A stretch of 64,000 bases of DNA from Eledone cirrhosa (GCA_964016885.1 OZ024740.1:90520001-90584000), one strand, 5' to 3'; shown: positions 12,425 through 24,841, numbered from the stretch's first letter. Numbers and translations: made by a program. The notes: generated by a model from the sequence alone, not told the origin.

Positions 12425-12752
12425 ACTGCACCAGATCAATAATGATCTATAATCATTTGATCCAGAAAAATTATATGGAATAGCGAAACAATTGTAAACG
12501 GAGATTATTAGTATTATTATTAGTATCCTTTACATCCCTTATCTTAAAATAAACTATGTTGACAATCTTTTAATATTGTCTTCCTTGTGAAATGTGTGTA
12601 TTGCTTTGTTTAACTAATGAATATTTCCAGTTCTGTGCACCTAAACTCTGCTTGAACCCAGCCACCTAGCTGCCTTCCAGTGCATATTGCACATTGAGCA
12701 CATGCCTTTACGTTTTGGCTTCTAACTAATTCACCAATCTCTCACACTTGAA

Positions 12753-12828
<76 letters not shown>

Positions 12829-12834
12829 GCGCGC

Positions 12835-12896
<62 letters not shown>

Positions 12897-12899
<3 letters not shown>

Positions 12900-13690
12900 A
12901 ATAGGCTCACTGCCTCTAATACCACCGTAAACCCCGGATCCAGCCAACAGAACCTGCACGCGGGACGCAACGGAACCCGGACAGGCCCAACTAGCACACC
13001 GTAACCCAACGACCCTCTGCTGATTGCAGAGGCTACCCAGCCAACCCCGAGTGATGGTAACCACGCGGTACATGTGGTGGGTCTTAAGTACTCATGTAAT
13101 TGTTGAGACCCATCACTAAATCCCCTTAGTAATGAATGCATGACGAAAAACGTTGTCTACAGGTGCAAGGTCACAACCCCCAACTCTGAGCACCACCACA
13201 TAGGATCCAGAGCGACGAGCTTCAAAGAACGGTGGTATAACCATCGTCATTCCTTTAACAGAATAGATAAGAGGAAATGTATGGCTCTTTCAGAATTGAT
13301 CTGCAAATTCAAACTTGAAAATACCCCGCACTCTCTGGTCTGGTCCGTGGTTAGAAAGGTTCCCCGAGACTGAGGCGGGTCTGTTATTTGCAACCTCTGT
13401 CTTAGTGAGGCACTCGAGATTCTTCATTGCGGAACCAAGCTATTAATCAGAAGGGCCGACTTATTCGGTGCCTGCAGACACCTAAGGTCGGGAACTTTCC
13501 TCGAGCTATATGGATAAATCACGGTTACGGCCATCCCACAGCTCCCCCCTGTAGGTCCCCTACAGCCCGTACCAATGACCAATGGACAACAACAACCACC
13601 CATAGTTTGTGGTCCCTATAGTGGATGGTCCACCGGATCCTCTACTGGTTAGGAGTCATCTAAACCACGTTTTATTGAACCTGATTTTAT
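12897..13690 (+). mobile_element. Penelope-like element 3' fragment, GIY-YIG endonuclease pseudogene (13095-13517)
   Basis: One frame reads [71 protein letters not shown]. Flanked by (TA)n. Confidence 0.9.
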
Positions 13691-13952
13691 ATATATATAT
13701 ATGTATATATATATCATGTGTATATATGTATATATTTTATATGTGTATATATGTGTATTTTATATATACGTTTGTATATATGTGTATATATTTTATATAT
13801 ATATGTGTATATGTATGTGTATTGTATATATATATATATATGTATGTATGTTTTATGTCTGTATATATTTTATGTATGTGTGTATTTTATGTATATATAT
13901 ATTTTTTATATTTTTTATGTATATATTTTATATATGTGTATGTTTCTGTGTG

Positions 13953-13984
<32 letters not shown>

Positions 13985-14402
13985 ATATATGTATATTTGT
14001 GCGTACATATATGCATACGTATATATATGTATATGCACACCTGTATGGATTTGTGTGTGTAGATGTGTGAGTGTATGAGGTGGTAGGTGTGAGTGTATGT
14101 AGAAGTCAACCAGCATAAACCTTTTATTTTAACATTTTCTAAACTATCTAAGTATTGGACTCGAACCATTATATTAAGTATTACCATCCCACATTTTGCA
14201 TGTTTGGATGTGTGTGTGTGAGTCTGTGGGGATGGGTGTGAGTGTAGTGCAAGCCAACCTACATAAGTCTTTTTATTTGTAACTTTTCTACTCCAACGAT
14301 ACATTTCAGTTGCACCACTCCACATACATTCCTCAATTTAAGAATGACCTGTAGTATCTATTTCATACTATTAATCTTAATTGAATATATATCTGACCAG
14401 GA

Positions 14403-14746
14403 ATGCTTTTTGTGAAAATCAGTCATATGAAACTATTGACATCTTGCCTGACGATTTGAACTTTACAAAACCACCTGCCTCTTTGAGGTCAAATACCAAC
14501 CCTACTACCATCTACAAACTGACCAATTAGAATCTAGACTATTCCTGCTGACAACATTAAATTATTTCTAACAAGCTCATATGTCCGAAGGCTCTGATAC
14601 CATCAACACTGTAAACACAGAGCTGGCATATCTAAGAGCTGAATAACTGCCTGATGAGGTCATAGTCATTCAATGACTAACATCGAAATATATATACAGT
14701 AAATAAAGGATTATGAGTTCATGCAATTGACTTATGTTTCCTCACT
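14403..14746 (+). mobile_element. Family H ~345-bp HHR element (second copy 33706-34050)
   Basis: Near-identical, co-terminal copy at 33706-34050; ends HHR-AATAAA-(TA)n. Confidence 0.85.
14646..14700 (+). ncRNA. Type-I hammerhead ribozyme (family H)
   Basis: ACTGC-CTGATGA-..TAGTCAT tca ATGACTA..c-GAAA-TATATA-TA-CAGT (one stem I base lost relative to the 33949 copy). Confidence 0.75.
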
Positions 14747-14929
14747 ATATATATATATATATATATTGTTATACTTGGGGAGGGTCATATTTGTGTAATA
14801 ATATTGCGAGAATTAATAACAGAACACACTCACTGTTTGATTGGTTGGTTTATGACCCTCCCCAAGTATAACAATATTTGTTTTCGACACACGATTTCAT
14901 ATCAAAAACCTCGCAAAACTATATATATA

Positions 14930-15103
14930 TCAAAAGCATGTATTGAGTTAGAAACTTAAAATAGTCTCATTACAGTCTCATACCAGACTCATTACTGGTT
15001 TGTATTTATTTTTCTTAATTTATTCTTAAATTGAGTCTAGAAAACCCTATTGTCTGTAGTTAGTATTTTTCTCACCTTAGCGATTTTGGTCTATTAAGAT
15101 TTG

Positions 15104-15171
<68 letters not shown>

Positions 15172-15645
15172 AGCGTTCCTTTTTGTTCAGTTAAAATCTT
15201 TTTGCTAGTGTTAATTTAGTAATTTTGCTAGTAATTTAATGAGACTATTTTGAAGTTATAATTCAATACATGCTTTTGATATATTCGGCTCCACTAATTC
15301 GTAGAACTATTTCAAATGTCGTGTAGACCCGGCTGCTATTTTCAGTGGTGTAAGAATGCGCGATACGCTAAGTTCGTGAACCATGTGCGTTATATATATA
15401 TACACACCTTTTCCAGTTTTCTATTTGATTTAGAAGTGAGGAGGATACTAATTTCTTCACCCACTGATGGGCCTGGAATTTGGTATATCTCTTCACAAAT
15501 AACATTGCGTCTGGATGATGGTAGTTACCACAATACTGGTTTGTATTTATTTTTCTTAATTTATTCTTAAATTGAGTCTAGCAAACCCTATTGTCTGTAG
15601 TTAGTATTTTTTTCACCTTAGCGATGTTGGTCCATTGAGATGTGA

Positions 15646-15650
<5 letters not shown>
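14930..15650. mobile_element. Family I fragments (related to 35009-35635), with degenerate HHR at 15458-15517
   Basis: Direct repeat 14993-15107 / 15534-15648; inverted piece 14930-14970 vs 15238-15283; CACCCA-CTGATGG..GTC-TGGATG. Confidence 0.6.
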
Positions 15651-15678
<28 letters not shown>

Positions 15679-15766
15679 ATAAAAAATTGAACAGGGACAG
15701 AACAGAGAGGCAGTACGAAAAATGTTTATTAGATTCACGCTCAGGAGAGTGGGGGGTAGGTGGAGG

Positions 15767-15798
15767 ACGACGTTTCGGGCATAAGCCCTTCTTCAGGT
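15767..15798 (-). ncRNA. Minimal hammerhead ribozyme (family J)
   Basis: Minus strand AC-CTGAAGA-aGGGC ttat GCCC-GAAACGTC-GT. Palindromic ACGT stem III, GUC site, short stem I. Confidence 0.75.
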
Positions 15799-16153
15799 AA
15801 GAGTTCAAAAGGTGTGTAGGGGAGTGGTGGAGAGACATATAGCGAAAGGAAACGGTGCGAATTAAAAATTAACAGGCAAAGAATCATATACGGAAAAAAA
15901 AGGGGTACGGTAACAACATCAAACAGAGGTAATGCGTGGAAGGAAAGACAAAGTGTGGGAAGGTGTGTAAAGTTCGGAGACAGGTCACGGCGGATTAGAT
16001 CGGGGTTGAGCCGGTTGTTAAGTGAGTTCCAAGGATGGAGGCCGTGTGAGCGTGTGTTTTGTATAATAAAAAATTGAACAGGGACAGAACAGAGAGGCAG
16101 TACGACAAATGTTTATTAGATTCACGCTCAGGAGAGTGGGGGGTAGGTGGAGG

Positions 16154-16185
16154 ACGACGTTTCGGGCATAAGCCCTTCTTCAGGT
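16154..16185 (-). ncRNA. Minimal hammerhead ribozyme (family J)
   Basis: Identical motif 387 bp from the first. Confidence 0.75.
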
Positions 16186-16466
16186 AAGAGTTCAAAAGGT
16201 GTGTAGGGGAGTGGTGGAGAGACATATAGCGAAAGGAAACGGTGCGAATGAAAAATTAACAGGCAAAGAATCATATACGGAAAAAAAAGGGGTACGGTAA
16301 CAAAATCAAACAGAGGTAATGCGTGGAAGGAAAGACAAAGTGTGGGAAGGTGTGTAAAGTTCGGAGACAGGTCACGGCGGATTAGATCGGGGTTGAGCCG
16401 GTTGTTAAGTGAGTTCCAAGGATGGAGGCCGTGTGAGCGTGTTTTATATAATAAAAAATTGAACAG

Positions 16467-16520
<54 letters not shown>

Positions 16521-16539
16521 TCGTTTTTCCGTTTTGTTC

Positions 16540-16576
<37 letters not shown>

Positions 16577-16619
16577 TGTGTGTGTGTGAGGGGGGGGGGG
16601 GCGTGTATGACAGGTAAGT

Positions 16620-19087
16620 ATGTTTTCAAGTAACGAGCGAGTTTGAAGTTAGAAATAGAAGGTTTCGGCATATTTTCGGGTAAAAACAAAGTTAGCCTGA
16701 TAGTGGGGTTTAGAACCCTCAAAGAGCGTGTTTTATGGACCTATCTCCGATTATCTACCAACCTTGCCATAAACCTAACCAAAACTTGCATTACATACAC
16801 TCACAATCTAATCACCCTAGATCTATCCTTAAAAACTTAGCATATAATATCTCACTCAGAATCTCTAATCTTTCATCAAATCATGATGTATTCGATAAAA
16901 TCGCGCCCTTTTATAATGAAGCTTTAGCTAGAAGTTGCTACAAGAACAAATTAGTCTATATACCTTGCACCAATAATATTTCAAACATACAACCTAATAT
17001 TACCAACAAACACCACATGAAAAAACCACACCTAAATGCCACTCATACTACACCTAATAAGACCAACCCAAAACTTAATTTCTCTACCTCTTCTCACATA
17101 AAAGATGACTTTCAAAAAAACATTCACCCTAATACTCTAACAAATCTCAACAACATAACATACAACATTCCTAGTAATCAAAGCAAAACACCAAAATCCA
17201 TTAATCTAACTAAACCTATATATAATAGAATCACTAATAGTAACTCTCTCAGTAAACCTACGGATACATCATATACATTTAAGAAACAATGTTGAAACCG
17301 TAATAGACGAGTTACTTGGTATAATGCTCCATTTTATCTACAGATTAAATACCATATCCCTAAAACATTCGTTGCTATCCTAGAGAAAATCTTCCCACCA
17401 AACTATAAATACGATCAAATTTTAGATAGATCTACTGTGACGTTTTCCTACTCCACTACCAAGAATATACGACATAATATAAGTGCTTACAACAAATATA
17501 AGTGTAAAATAAACCATAAATATACCACCAACACATCAAACCAACCATAATAATACGAAAAAAACCCAAAACAAAGCATATTGTTCTTCACCGTAAACTC
17601 CACACCAATTTTGACTAATAATCTCCAAAACAAACAGAACTCTACTAGCTCCACATCCCCTAAACTATCACCCACCAACAACCTGTCTAACAATAGAACT
17701 CTAATTACAACCCATTCTAAACCATACATTAATGAAAATAGTAACACTAATACAACTATAGATAACACAATTAACTCTCCTGATACAATATGTACGAATG
17801 GTTTTAACTGTAGAATCAAAAGAATTCCCCATTAAAGAGAAATCGATCGTCTTATTAATAGCATAGTCTATACATGTGTAATTAGTACTAAGGACTCCAC
17901 TCAATACTATATAAGAGCTACGTCTAACCAATCTAAAGTAATATTTAATACCCACAAACTTAGTTTTAAAAATGCCGCATTAGCTTATACAACCTCCTTG
18001 AGGCAATTAATAATTATAGAAAGAGGGATATTGATTACAACCCGACCTGGAGCGTGCTCAAAATGGCTATCTCTTATCAAAATAGCAGATATGAGTGTAG
18101 ATTATGCTTCCAAGAACTATTTGAAATCATGAAATCTAATGATATCATATTAAATAAGCGACAGGAGATAATTATATCATGCAATCATAGAATTAGACAA
18201 AACTTCAAATATTATAAACTTAATTAGTATATACCTCACTCTTATATTTTACAAATCATTATGATTAATTAAAAACTTTTTTTTTAATTTAGTTAACCTA
18301 ATGTCCCTCTTACAACTCACTTTACATAAAGTTATCTTTAACCTGACTACCTCTTTTAACCGCATCCCCTATTTATCACATTTAATAGCTAGGATTATTA
18401 AATATAATTAATATCTTTAATATTATGGATGTTTAGATAGATAAACTGCTTTTTATGAAATTTTATCTATTTCAGTTTTTCTATATATATTTTTAATTTT
18501 TTTAATTTGTTTTTTACTTCTTTATTTATCACATTCATAAGAATTAATATAATGTTAACTCAGTAAGTATACCTATCAATTAATTTAATTTCCTTTTATG
18601 TATCTAGTTTCCTTCAAATTTAAATAGGATTATAATTTCTAATTAACACTCTCATTCGACAAATTACTTTCCCTTCTCTTTTAACAGCAGTTTTTAATAA
18701 CATCAAATTCTTTGGGACTCTTTCACTATCTCCTTGATTTGACCAAATTTTAACCCCTAACTTTCTCTTCCCCATTGTATTATTTTCATTCAAAGCATAA
18801 ATTTACATTCCTCCCTCCTAGCAGCAAGTTCTGCTACTGTTATTCTATCAACTTGACCTCTCACTCTTTTCTATTGGTCAATTCAAAACCTGTTCCCAAA
18901 CAGACCTTTTATATTAATACTTTGTTTCTTTCAATAAACATGCTCCTCTGATAATTTGTAATATTTTATTACATACGCCTTTAACATGATATGTATACCA
19001 ACACACATATATATGCCAGAAATGATCGTAAAATAATGAATATTTCAATATAATAAACCTGTTCTTTTTTTAAAATTTAATTGTTTT

Positions 19088-19100
<13 letters not shown>
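16620..19100 (+). mobile_element. 5'-truncated Penelope-like element: RT thumb + GIY-YIG pseudogene (16735-~18215) and 3' UTR
   Basis: YQPCHKPNQNLHYIHSQSNHPRSILKN..RISNLSS..FYNEALARSCY; RRVTWYNAP..FPPNYKY..TFSYST; SIVYTCVI..YYI; WSVLK..CRLC..E..I..LNKRQE..SCNH. Stops and frameshifts present; microsatellites on both sides. Confidence 0.9.
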
Positions 19101-19146
<46 letters not shown>

Positions 19147-19184
19147 ATTAAATAAATGGAAAACTATATTTATAAAACCATATT

Positions 19185-19250
19185 TATTTCATTATATATA
19201 TTTCGGGGATATCATATTAACAATATGCTATGCCTTCATCAGACAAAATA
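19185..19250 (-). ncRNA. Type-I hammerhead ribozyme (family E, left arm)
   Basis: Reverse complement of 19406-19471. Confidence 0.75.
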
Positions 19251-19405
19251 CAATATAAACAGTTTTATAGATAAATATATTCGACATACCGTAATAAACA
19301 TCAACTTCATTTGAAGAGGTTTACTGCTAGCGTAAACCTCTTCAAATGAAGTTGATGTTTATTACGGTATGTCGAATATATTTATCTATAAAACTGTTTA
19401 TATTG

Positions 19406-19471
19406 TATTTTGTCTGATGAAGGCATAGCATATTGTTAATATGATATCCCCGAAATATATATAATGAAATA
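19406..19471 (+). ncRNA. Type-I hammerhead ribozyme (family E)
   Basis: TATTTTGT-CTGATGA-aGGcATAgCATATT gtt AATATGaTATcCCc-GAAA-TATATA-TA-ATGAAATA. Confidence 0.78.
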
Positions 19472-19869
19472 AATATGGTTTTATAAATATAGTTTTCCAT
19501 TTATTTAATATTGTAAATATACTCCAAATATTTGTCGAGTGCTTTTATATCAGTTATAAATATTTACTAGTTGTAACCCAACAATTTTAAATATAACTTT
19601 ACATATATATATATATATATATATATATCTTTTTTTTTAAAATAAAAACTGTGATAATTATTGCTATTTGCTGAACTCCTTTTGTAGAGTTTTTTCAGAA
19701 TGTATTTGACTGCTATTTCTTGTAAATAAACATTCACTTTCGTCCTGACGTCACTAGCCCCGTTTTTCCTCATGTGCTTTTTCATAATTACACATGATGG
19801 CAAACTAGCCAGTTTTACAATTCCCTTTTACGGATTATAATACTGTGAGAGCCCTGGTTTCTGCTGAGC

Positions 19870-19946
19870 TCTGCTGACGATTGAAATCCAACCGTGACCA
19901 TCTCCACAGAAAGTTTTCATGAAATAGTCTTTTAAGACTATACAGA
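19870..19946 (+). ncRNA. Type-I hammerhead ribozyme with long stem III (family K)
   Basis: TCTG-CTGACGA-tTGAAA..loop..TTTCAt-GAA-ATAGTCT tttta-type loop AGACTAT-A-CAGA; 7-8 bp stem III, AUA site. Confidence 0.82.
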
Positions 19947-20494
19947 ACATTTTATGTTATTCCAAATTGAACGATAAGTGTTTTAAACTTTATTTTATCT
20001 TGAGTTAAAGGTCTATTGTTTTTTCCCTGGATTTCACTAAATTCTGTGGATGAATGTATATCCTGATTCTCTTTTGAGATGAGTTTGAATTATTTTTCCT
20101 AAATCTTACGTTAACTACTTTTCCCATCTTGACGTTATAGTCGCATATATGTTATAGAATACTATTAGCTTCTCGCTAAAACAATCTCTATACCTCTCAT
20201 TTTTACTTATACTCGGATTCTTTTCCTAGTGTGCTTAAACTATCTGTGACTAATCCCGGTTTTTTTATAAAAACTCTGATAATTATTGCTATTTGCTGAA
20301 CTCCTTTTGTAGAGTTTTTTTCAGAATGTATTTGACTGCTATTTCTTGTAAATAAACATTCACTTTCATCCTGACGTCACTAGCCCTGTTTTTCCTCATG
20401 TGATTTTTCATAATTAGACATGATGGCGAACTAGCCAGTTTTAGAATTCCCTTTTTCGGATTATAATACTGTGAGAGCCCTAGTTTCTGTTGAG

Positions 20495-20573
20495 CTCTGC
20501 TGACGATTGAAATCCCACCGTGACCATCTCCACTGACAGTTTTCATGAAATAGTCTTTTAAGACAATACAGAG
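20495..20573 (+). ncRNA. Type-I hammerhead ribozyme (family K)
   Basis: CTCTG-CTGACGA...GAAATAGTCTTTTAAGACAATA-CAGAG; 5-bp stem I, one stem III mismatch. Confidence 0.78.
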
Positions 20574-20859
20574 AATTTGATGTTATTCCAAATTGAAGGA
20601 TAAGTGTTTTAAACTTTATTTTATCATGAGTTAAAGGTCTATTGATTTTTCCCTGGATTTCACTAAATTCTATGGATGAATTTATATCCTGATTCTCTTT
20701 TGAGATGTGTTTGAATTATTTTTCCTAAATCTTACGTTAACTACTTTTCCCATCTTGACGTTATAGTCGCATATATGTTATAGAATACTATTAGCTTCTC
20801 GCTAAACAATCTCTATACCTCTCATATATATATATACACACATATATTGGAAACTGTTT

Positions 20860-20996
20860 AACCCCGACGGCAGAGCTCAAGCCGTTTCGACGGCTATCTT
20901 TGGGTTAAAGATTTTCCTATTACCCACTCCACTACCCTAAGTATTGAGTACTCAGGTGCGTCATGGTCCATCTGGTTCCTACCACAATTCCTTCAA
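20860..20996 (+). mobile_element. Family N 3' fragment with inverted HHR half
   Basis: Inverted ACCCCGACGGCAGAGCTCAAGCCGTTTCGACGGCTA, then the 3' tail ATTACCCACTC..AAGTATTGAGTACT..TGGTTCCTACCACA.. running into (TA)n. Confidence 0.75.
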
Positions 20997-21070
<74 letters not shown>

Positions 21071-22399
21071 GTGTGTGTGTGTGGGGGGGCGTGTGGGCGT
21101 ACGTGTGTATGTATGTGTGTGTGTGGGCGTGTGTGGATGTGTGTGTATGCATGTGTGCGTGTAACCATTTCAAGACTGAATGACATATATAGAATTATAT
21201 AAAACTTTACACAGAAGATGATTTGCAGAAAATGCGAGAACATATTATTCACAAATGAGTGTAGACAGTTTAACAAAAAAAAACAAACGGTATATACCAG
21301 ACACTAAATATGTGTTTATACATCATTCTGTAATGACTACAGGACCATGTTTCATATTTGGAATGCTTACGTTGAATGTTTAGCTAGGATCATGAACGTG
21401 TATGATCTAATCATATGAATTAGCCGAAAACCAAATGGAGTTACGAAAATAAATCCATGTGCGTTTCAGCCAGTTCTTAGATTTGGTTCAGAGGTATAGT
21501 TTAAATTGCCTAAACTGCTCATTTATGATTGATATGTTATTATAATTGTTTCACATTATCACCACTGTATTATGTATTATTTGATATCTATAATTGCTCA
21601 CCTATGAATCAAGCTAAAGAATACAGAGCAATTAGTATGATCCATGCTATTGCAGGATTACATGATTAAATCAACTAGAAACAGCGGTGCAACAGACTGA
21701 TGCCACGAGAAATGGTAAAGAAGGAGAATATTAAAAAAGAAGGTATTATAATATATTCATTAGACATTACTTACTTGTAGGCTCCTATCAAAATCGTTGC
21801 GTGTCATATAAAAGCCGTCGTTTAAATTTCCTGTCTACTAATCATCTTCCACACACGAAAATTTAAAATACAAGGAAATATATATTCACAAATCATGCAT
21901 ATATGTGTGTGTGTGTGTGTGGTCTGAGTGTGTGTGTGTGTGAGAGTGTGTGTGTGCATGTGTGTGTGTGTGTTTGGGTGTGTGTTTGTGTGTGTGTGTG
22001 TTTATGTGATACAGTCATCTGCCATAAACGACGTTTGGTTTCTCAAAAGAAGATAAAAAGAAGCAGTTCCAAAGCATGTACCGGCTAGTGGATTCAAGAA
22101 AGAAAATGTCCCAACGTCATTCCGTTTGCGAACCTGTACGTGTAATTTCTACAATGAAGCATTTTTACACGGATGGTTACAATCACTGTATGTCAAATTT
22201 CCCATGTTTTCAGGAATGATAGCTAAAATGTTGCAATGAAGACGTCGACAATTTGCAGGAACGGGATTATTTGATAATTGTGAGTTCGATATAGATAATA
22301 ACTAGTCAAGGTGAGGAATGCTTTTTTCACCAAAGTTAACAAGCTTCATATGTCATTATTTTCCCCACACAATTCTATTTCTAGAAATATTTTCCGAGC

Positions 22400-24300
22400 T
22401 GTGAACATTCATAATTAGACGTTTTAAATAGTGTTTAGCTTGTCTCTATAGCGACGTTGTGGTTGATCTACTTATCTATGAATGCCTTCATGATAAATAC
22501 ATGACTTACTTGGGATTCTTTCTGTATTCATTCTCCAAACTTGGTCCCACCATGTCATCTGGAATTTGATCAGGAAAGTTTATATTCCGGAAATTTTGCA
22601 TTGTCACATTACCATTGCATGTTCACCATACATTTGATTTATGTTTGTGAAAGACAGACCAGACTTTTTCCTTTATAAATGAGTTATTTTCTTTTGTTTT
22701 AATTGACATGCAGTACGTTTTTCATAGTCCACCATAACATTTCACAAAAGCTGAACTTGCTTTTCGTAGTGTATTTCTGTTTCCCTGTCCAACTCTCTAT
22801 TACTATTTACATTCGATCCCAGGTATGTAAATCTCATGACAGTCTCCAGATTTTTGGCAGATATTTAAGTATATTGTCTGGACTTATTTAAAACATGATT
22901 TCAGAATTCCTTACGCTGATTGTCAGCCCGAAAGCTCTAGCTACTGAACTGCATGTCTTGTCAGGTGTGTTCAAGTAATGAACTGCCATCTTAAAAAAGA
23001 CAACCACATAACATTTGATATGCTATTCGAGTATTTAATTTGTATGTTTGCTGATGGTAAGTGCCTCCAGGAGATCAGTATTCCAATGAGACAGATTCAG
23101 TAATTCCAGAGAAAGAATATTAAATCATTACAGAGACGAATAAGGCAAAGACACCTTGTTTTGTATCATATTGCTCATCAAATGAGTGATTGTTCACCGT
23201 TAGAGTATGAAAGGATTCCATATCATTATGAAGGGATGTAATGATTTGAGTAACACCTACCTTTCTAAGAAACTTCCATAAGACCTCGCGTGACAATTAT
23301 TACATACAAATGATACCTTATCTTGTACCTGCTGCTGCATGCTGAATATCACATGTCTGACGTAAATCCACATTAACTTTCAGGGTAAATGTTAGGCACC
23401 ACGTTTATATTGATTCTATTCAGCATGACTTGCGCAATGATTTATGTCTGCAATGAGACCTAATGTTGTGCATCAGTGGTGGTCACATTCACAGGTATTA
23501 CTTTTTGGGTTTGTATGGATGAATATTTATTTCATCCTCAAGATGTTGCGTAAACGATCCTGAGTTCTGGACCTGTTCAAGAATTTCAGAAATATTTTGT
23601 ATTAGGCCATTGCTTTCAGACGTAAACATTTCTATTATTCAATCCTACCGAGCAGCTTTCCAATTTGTTTGATACTTAGTAGTAGTCTTTATCACTACTC
23701 GAGATGACATATTTGCAAACAAAAATCCATATTTGTCTTCTATGGGAGGTTTTCTATTACAGCAGCATCTGCTTCCCAATTGAGTCCCTTTTCACACGCT
23801 TGGCCTATCTATTTATTATATCCTGCCGAGCTGTGAAGAGAGTGCTATCAACTGATAGTGTGGTAGATCACAGATTCTTGCTTCGTCCAAACGCTTTCTG
23901 TAAATTTCGATAAAAGAGCCCATGGCATGCCTGTCAAATGATTTCTGAAAGGGTTTCACTTTTTTATTCCACCCTTTTTGCTTCATTCTGCAGCGCTGTG
24001 CTCGACTTGTGCTTTCTTACTACTTGGTAATGTTTTTTTTTTTTTTTTTTGAAAACCTATTTCCGATGTAGCCTGCACATTTCTTGAAATTCTACAATTA
24101 TGATTTAATCTCTCTCATCTAACCAGTCTTCGGTCTTTATTCTAGAGAAACCAAGAACATTCTTGAAAGACTATCTCAGCTGGTTCTATGATTCCTCAAT
24201 ATATTCCGTGATGTTTATACTCTGCAGATGTTCATCTAAAGCATTAGGCAAAATATTTATGTTGTACCAGTTTTGAGCTTAGCGAAACACAATATATTTG
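22400..24300 (-). mobile_element. Highly decayed RTE-clade LINE RT region
   Basis: Minus-strand motif remnants AQVMLNRIN, TKQGV, ARAFGLTIS, RFTYLGS, with many stops and frameshifts. Confidence 0.6.
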
Positions 24301-24841
24301 AGATTACTTTCTGGTTATGTTTAATTGAAGCTTTATCTTCATTCTCCTGTAACTCCGCACTAAAGTATAGTCTGATAACAAATTTGTCGAGGGAAAGACC
24401 CGAGTTAGTGTGAGAGCAATTGTATCGTACCTACACACCATGACATATTTAACTCTATGCTTTGGACCTGATCTAGAGTGCCTACACGCGTTTTATTGTC
24501 CAGTTGAAAGATAACAAAGACAATCCATTTTAATTGACGTAACCTATGTAATGTTTACCGAGACAATTTTGCCAGTTAAGATAGTCTCTAGCAACCTAAG
24601 CGAGCATTGAAATCTCACAGGATATGATCTTATTATGCCTAGGCACGCAGTCTTAAAGTTCACTAAGATCAGAGAAAAACATATTTTTGACAACCGCAGA
24701 AGAGTGCAAGGTTGGGGCGCAGCATCTATTCAAGGTAACAAGATGGTTATTATCGAATGAAAGTTTGAAATGCATCAGGCACTCATTTCTACAGATTGTG
24801 AATGATTGAATATTGTTCGTAATGCTAGTAATTTAATTAGT

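Larger units (their letters stand above)
11740..12735 (+). mobile_element. Family G element: inverted arms 11740-11932 / 12437-12621 and a degenerate HHR (12312-12502)
   Basis: The arms are diverged reverse complements. GTT-CCGATGA-AGTAATCC...GGAATAGC-GAAAC AATT GTA-AAC, with palindromic stem III ACAATTGT. Interrupted by two SINE insertions; flanked by (TA)n. Confidence 0.6.
15676..16470 (-). mobile_element. Family J 387-bp HHR tandem dimer (retrozyme-like) in (TA)n
   Basis: Two near-identical 387-bp units plus ~23 bp of a third; each full unit carries an HHR on the minus strand. Confidence 0.88.
19141..19600 (+). mobile_element. Family E element with 184-bp perfect palindrome (19141-19324 / 19332-19515)
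   Basis: Arms are exact reverse complements around the spacer TGCTAGC; the plus arm continues to (TA)n at 19600. Confidence 0.85.
19630..20825 (+). mobile_element. Family K 626-bp HHR tandem repeat (~1.9 units) in (TA)n
   Basis: Direct repeat with period ~626; HHR cores at 19874 and 20500; no protein domain. Confidence 0.85.

Noticed and set aside
13095-13373. In-frame TGA codons in the PLE endonuclease as possible selenocysteine
   Set aside because: The TGAs are not at conserved Cys positions (CNC*, RD*) and fit CGA>TGA decay; no SECIS element was recognised.
18945-19040. Possible HHR remnant (GAAATGATCGTA) at the end of the 16.6-19.1 kb PLE
   Set aside because: No intact core or stem I; the position is suggestive only.
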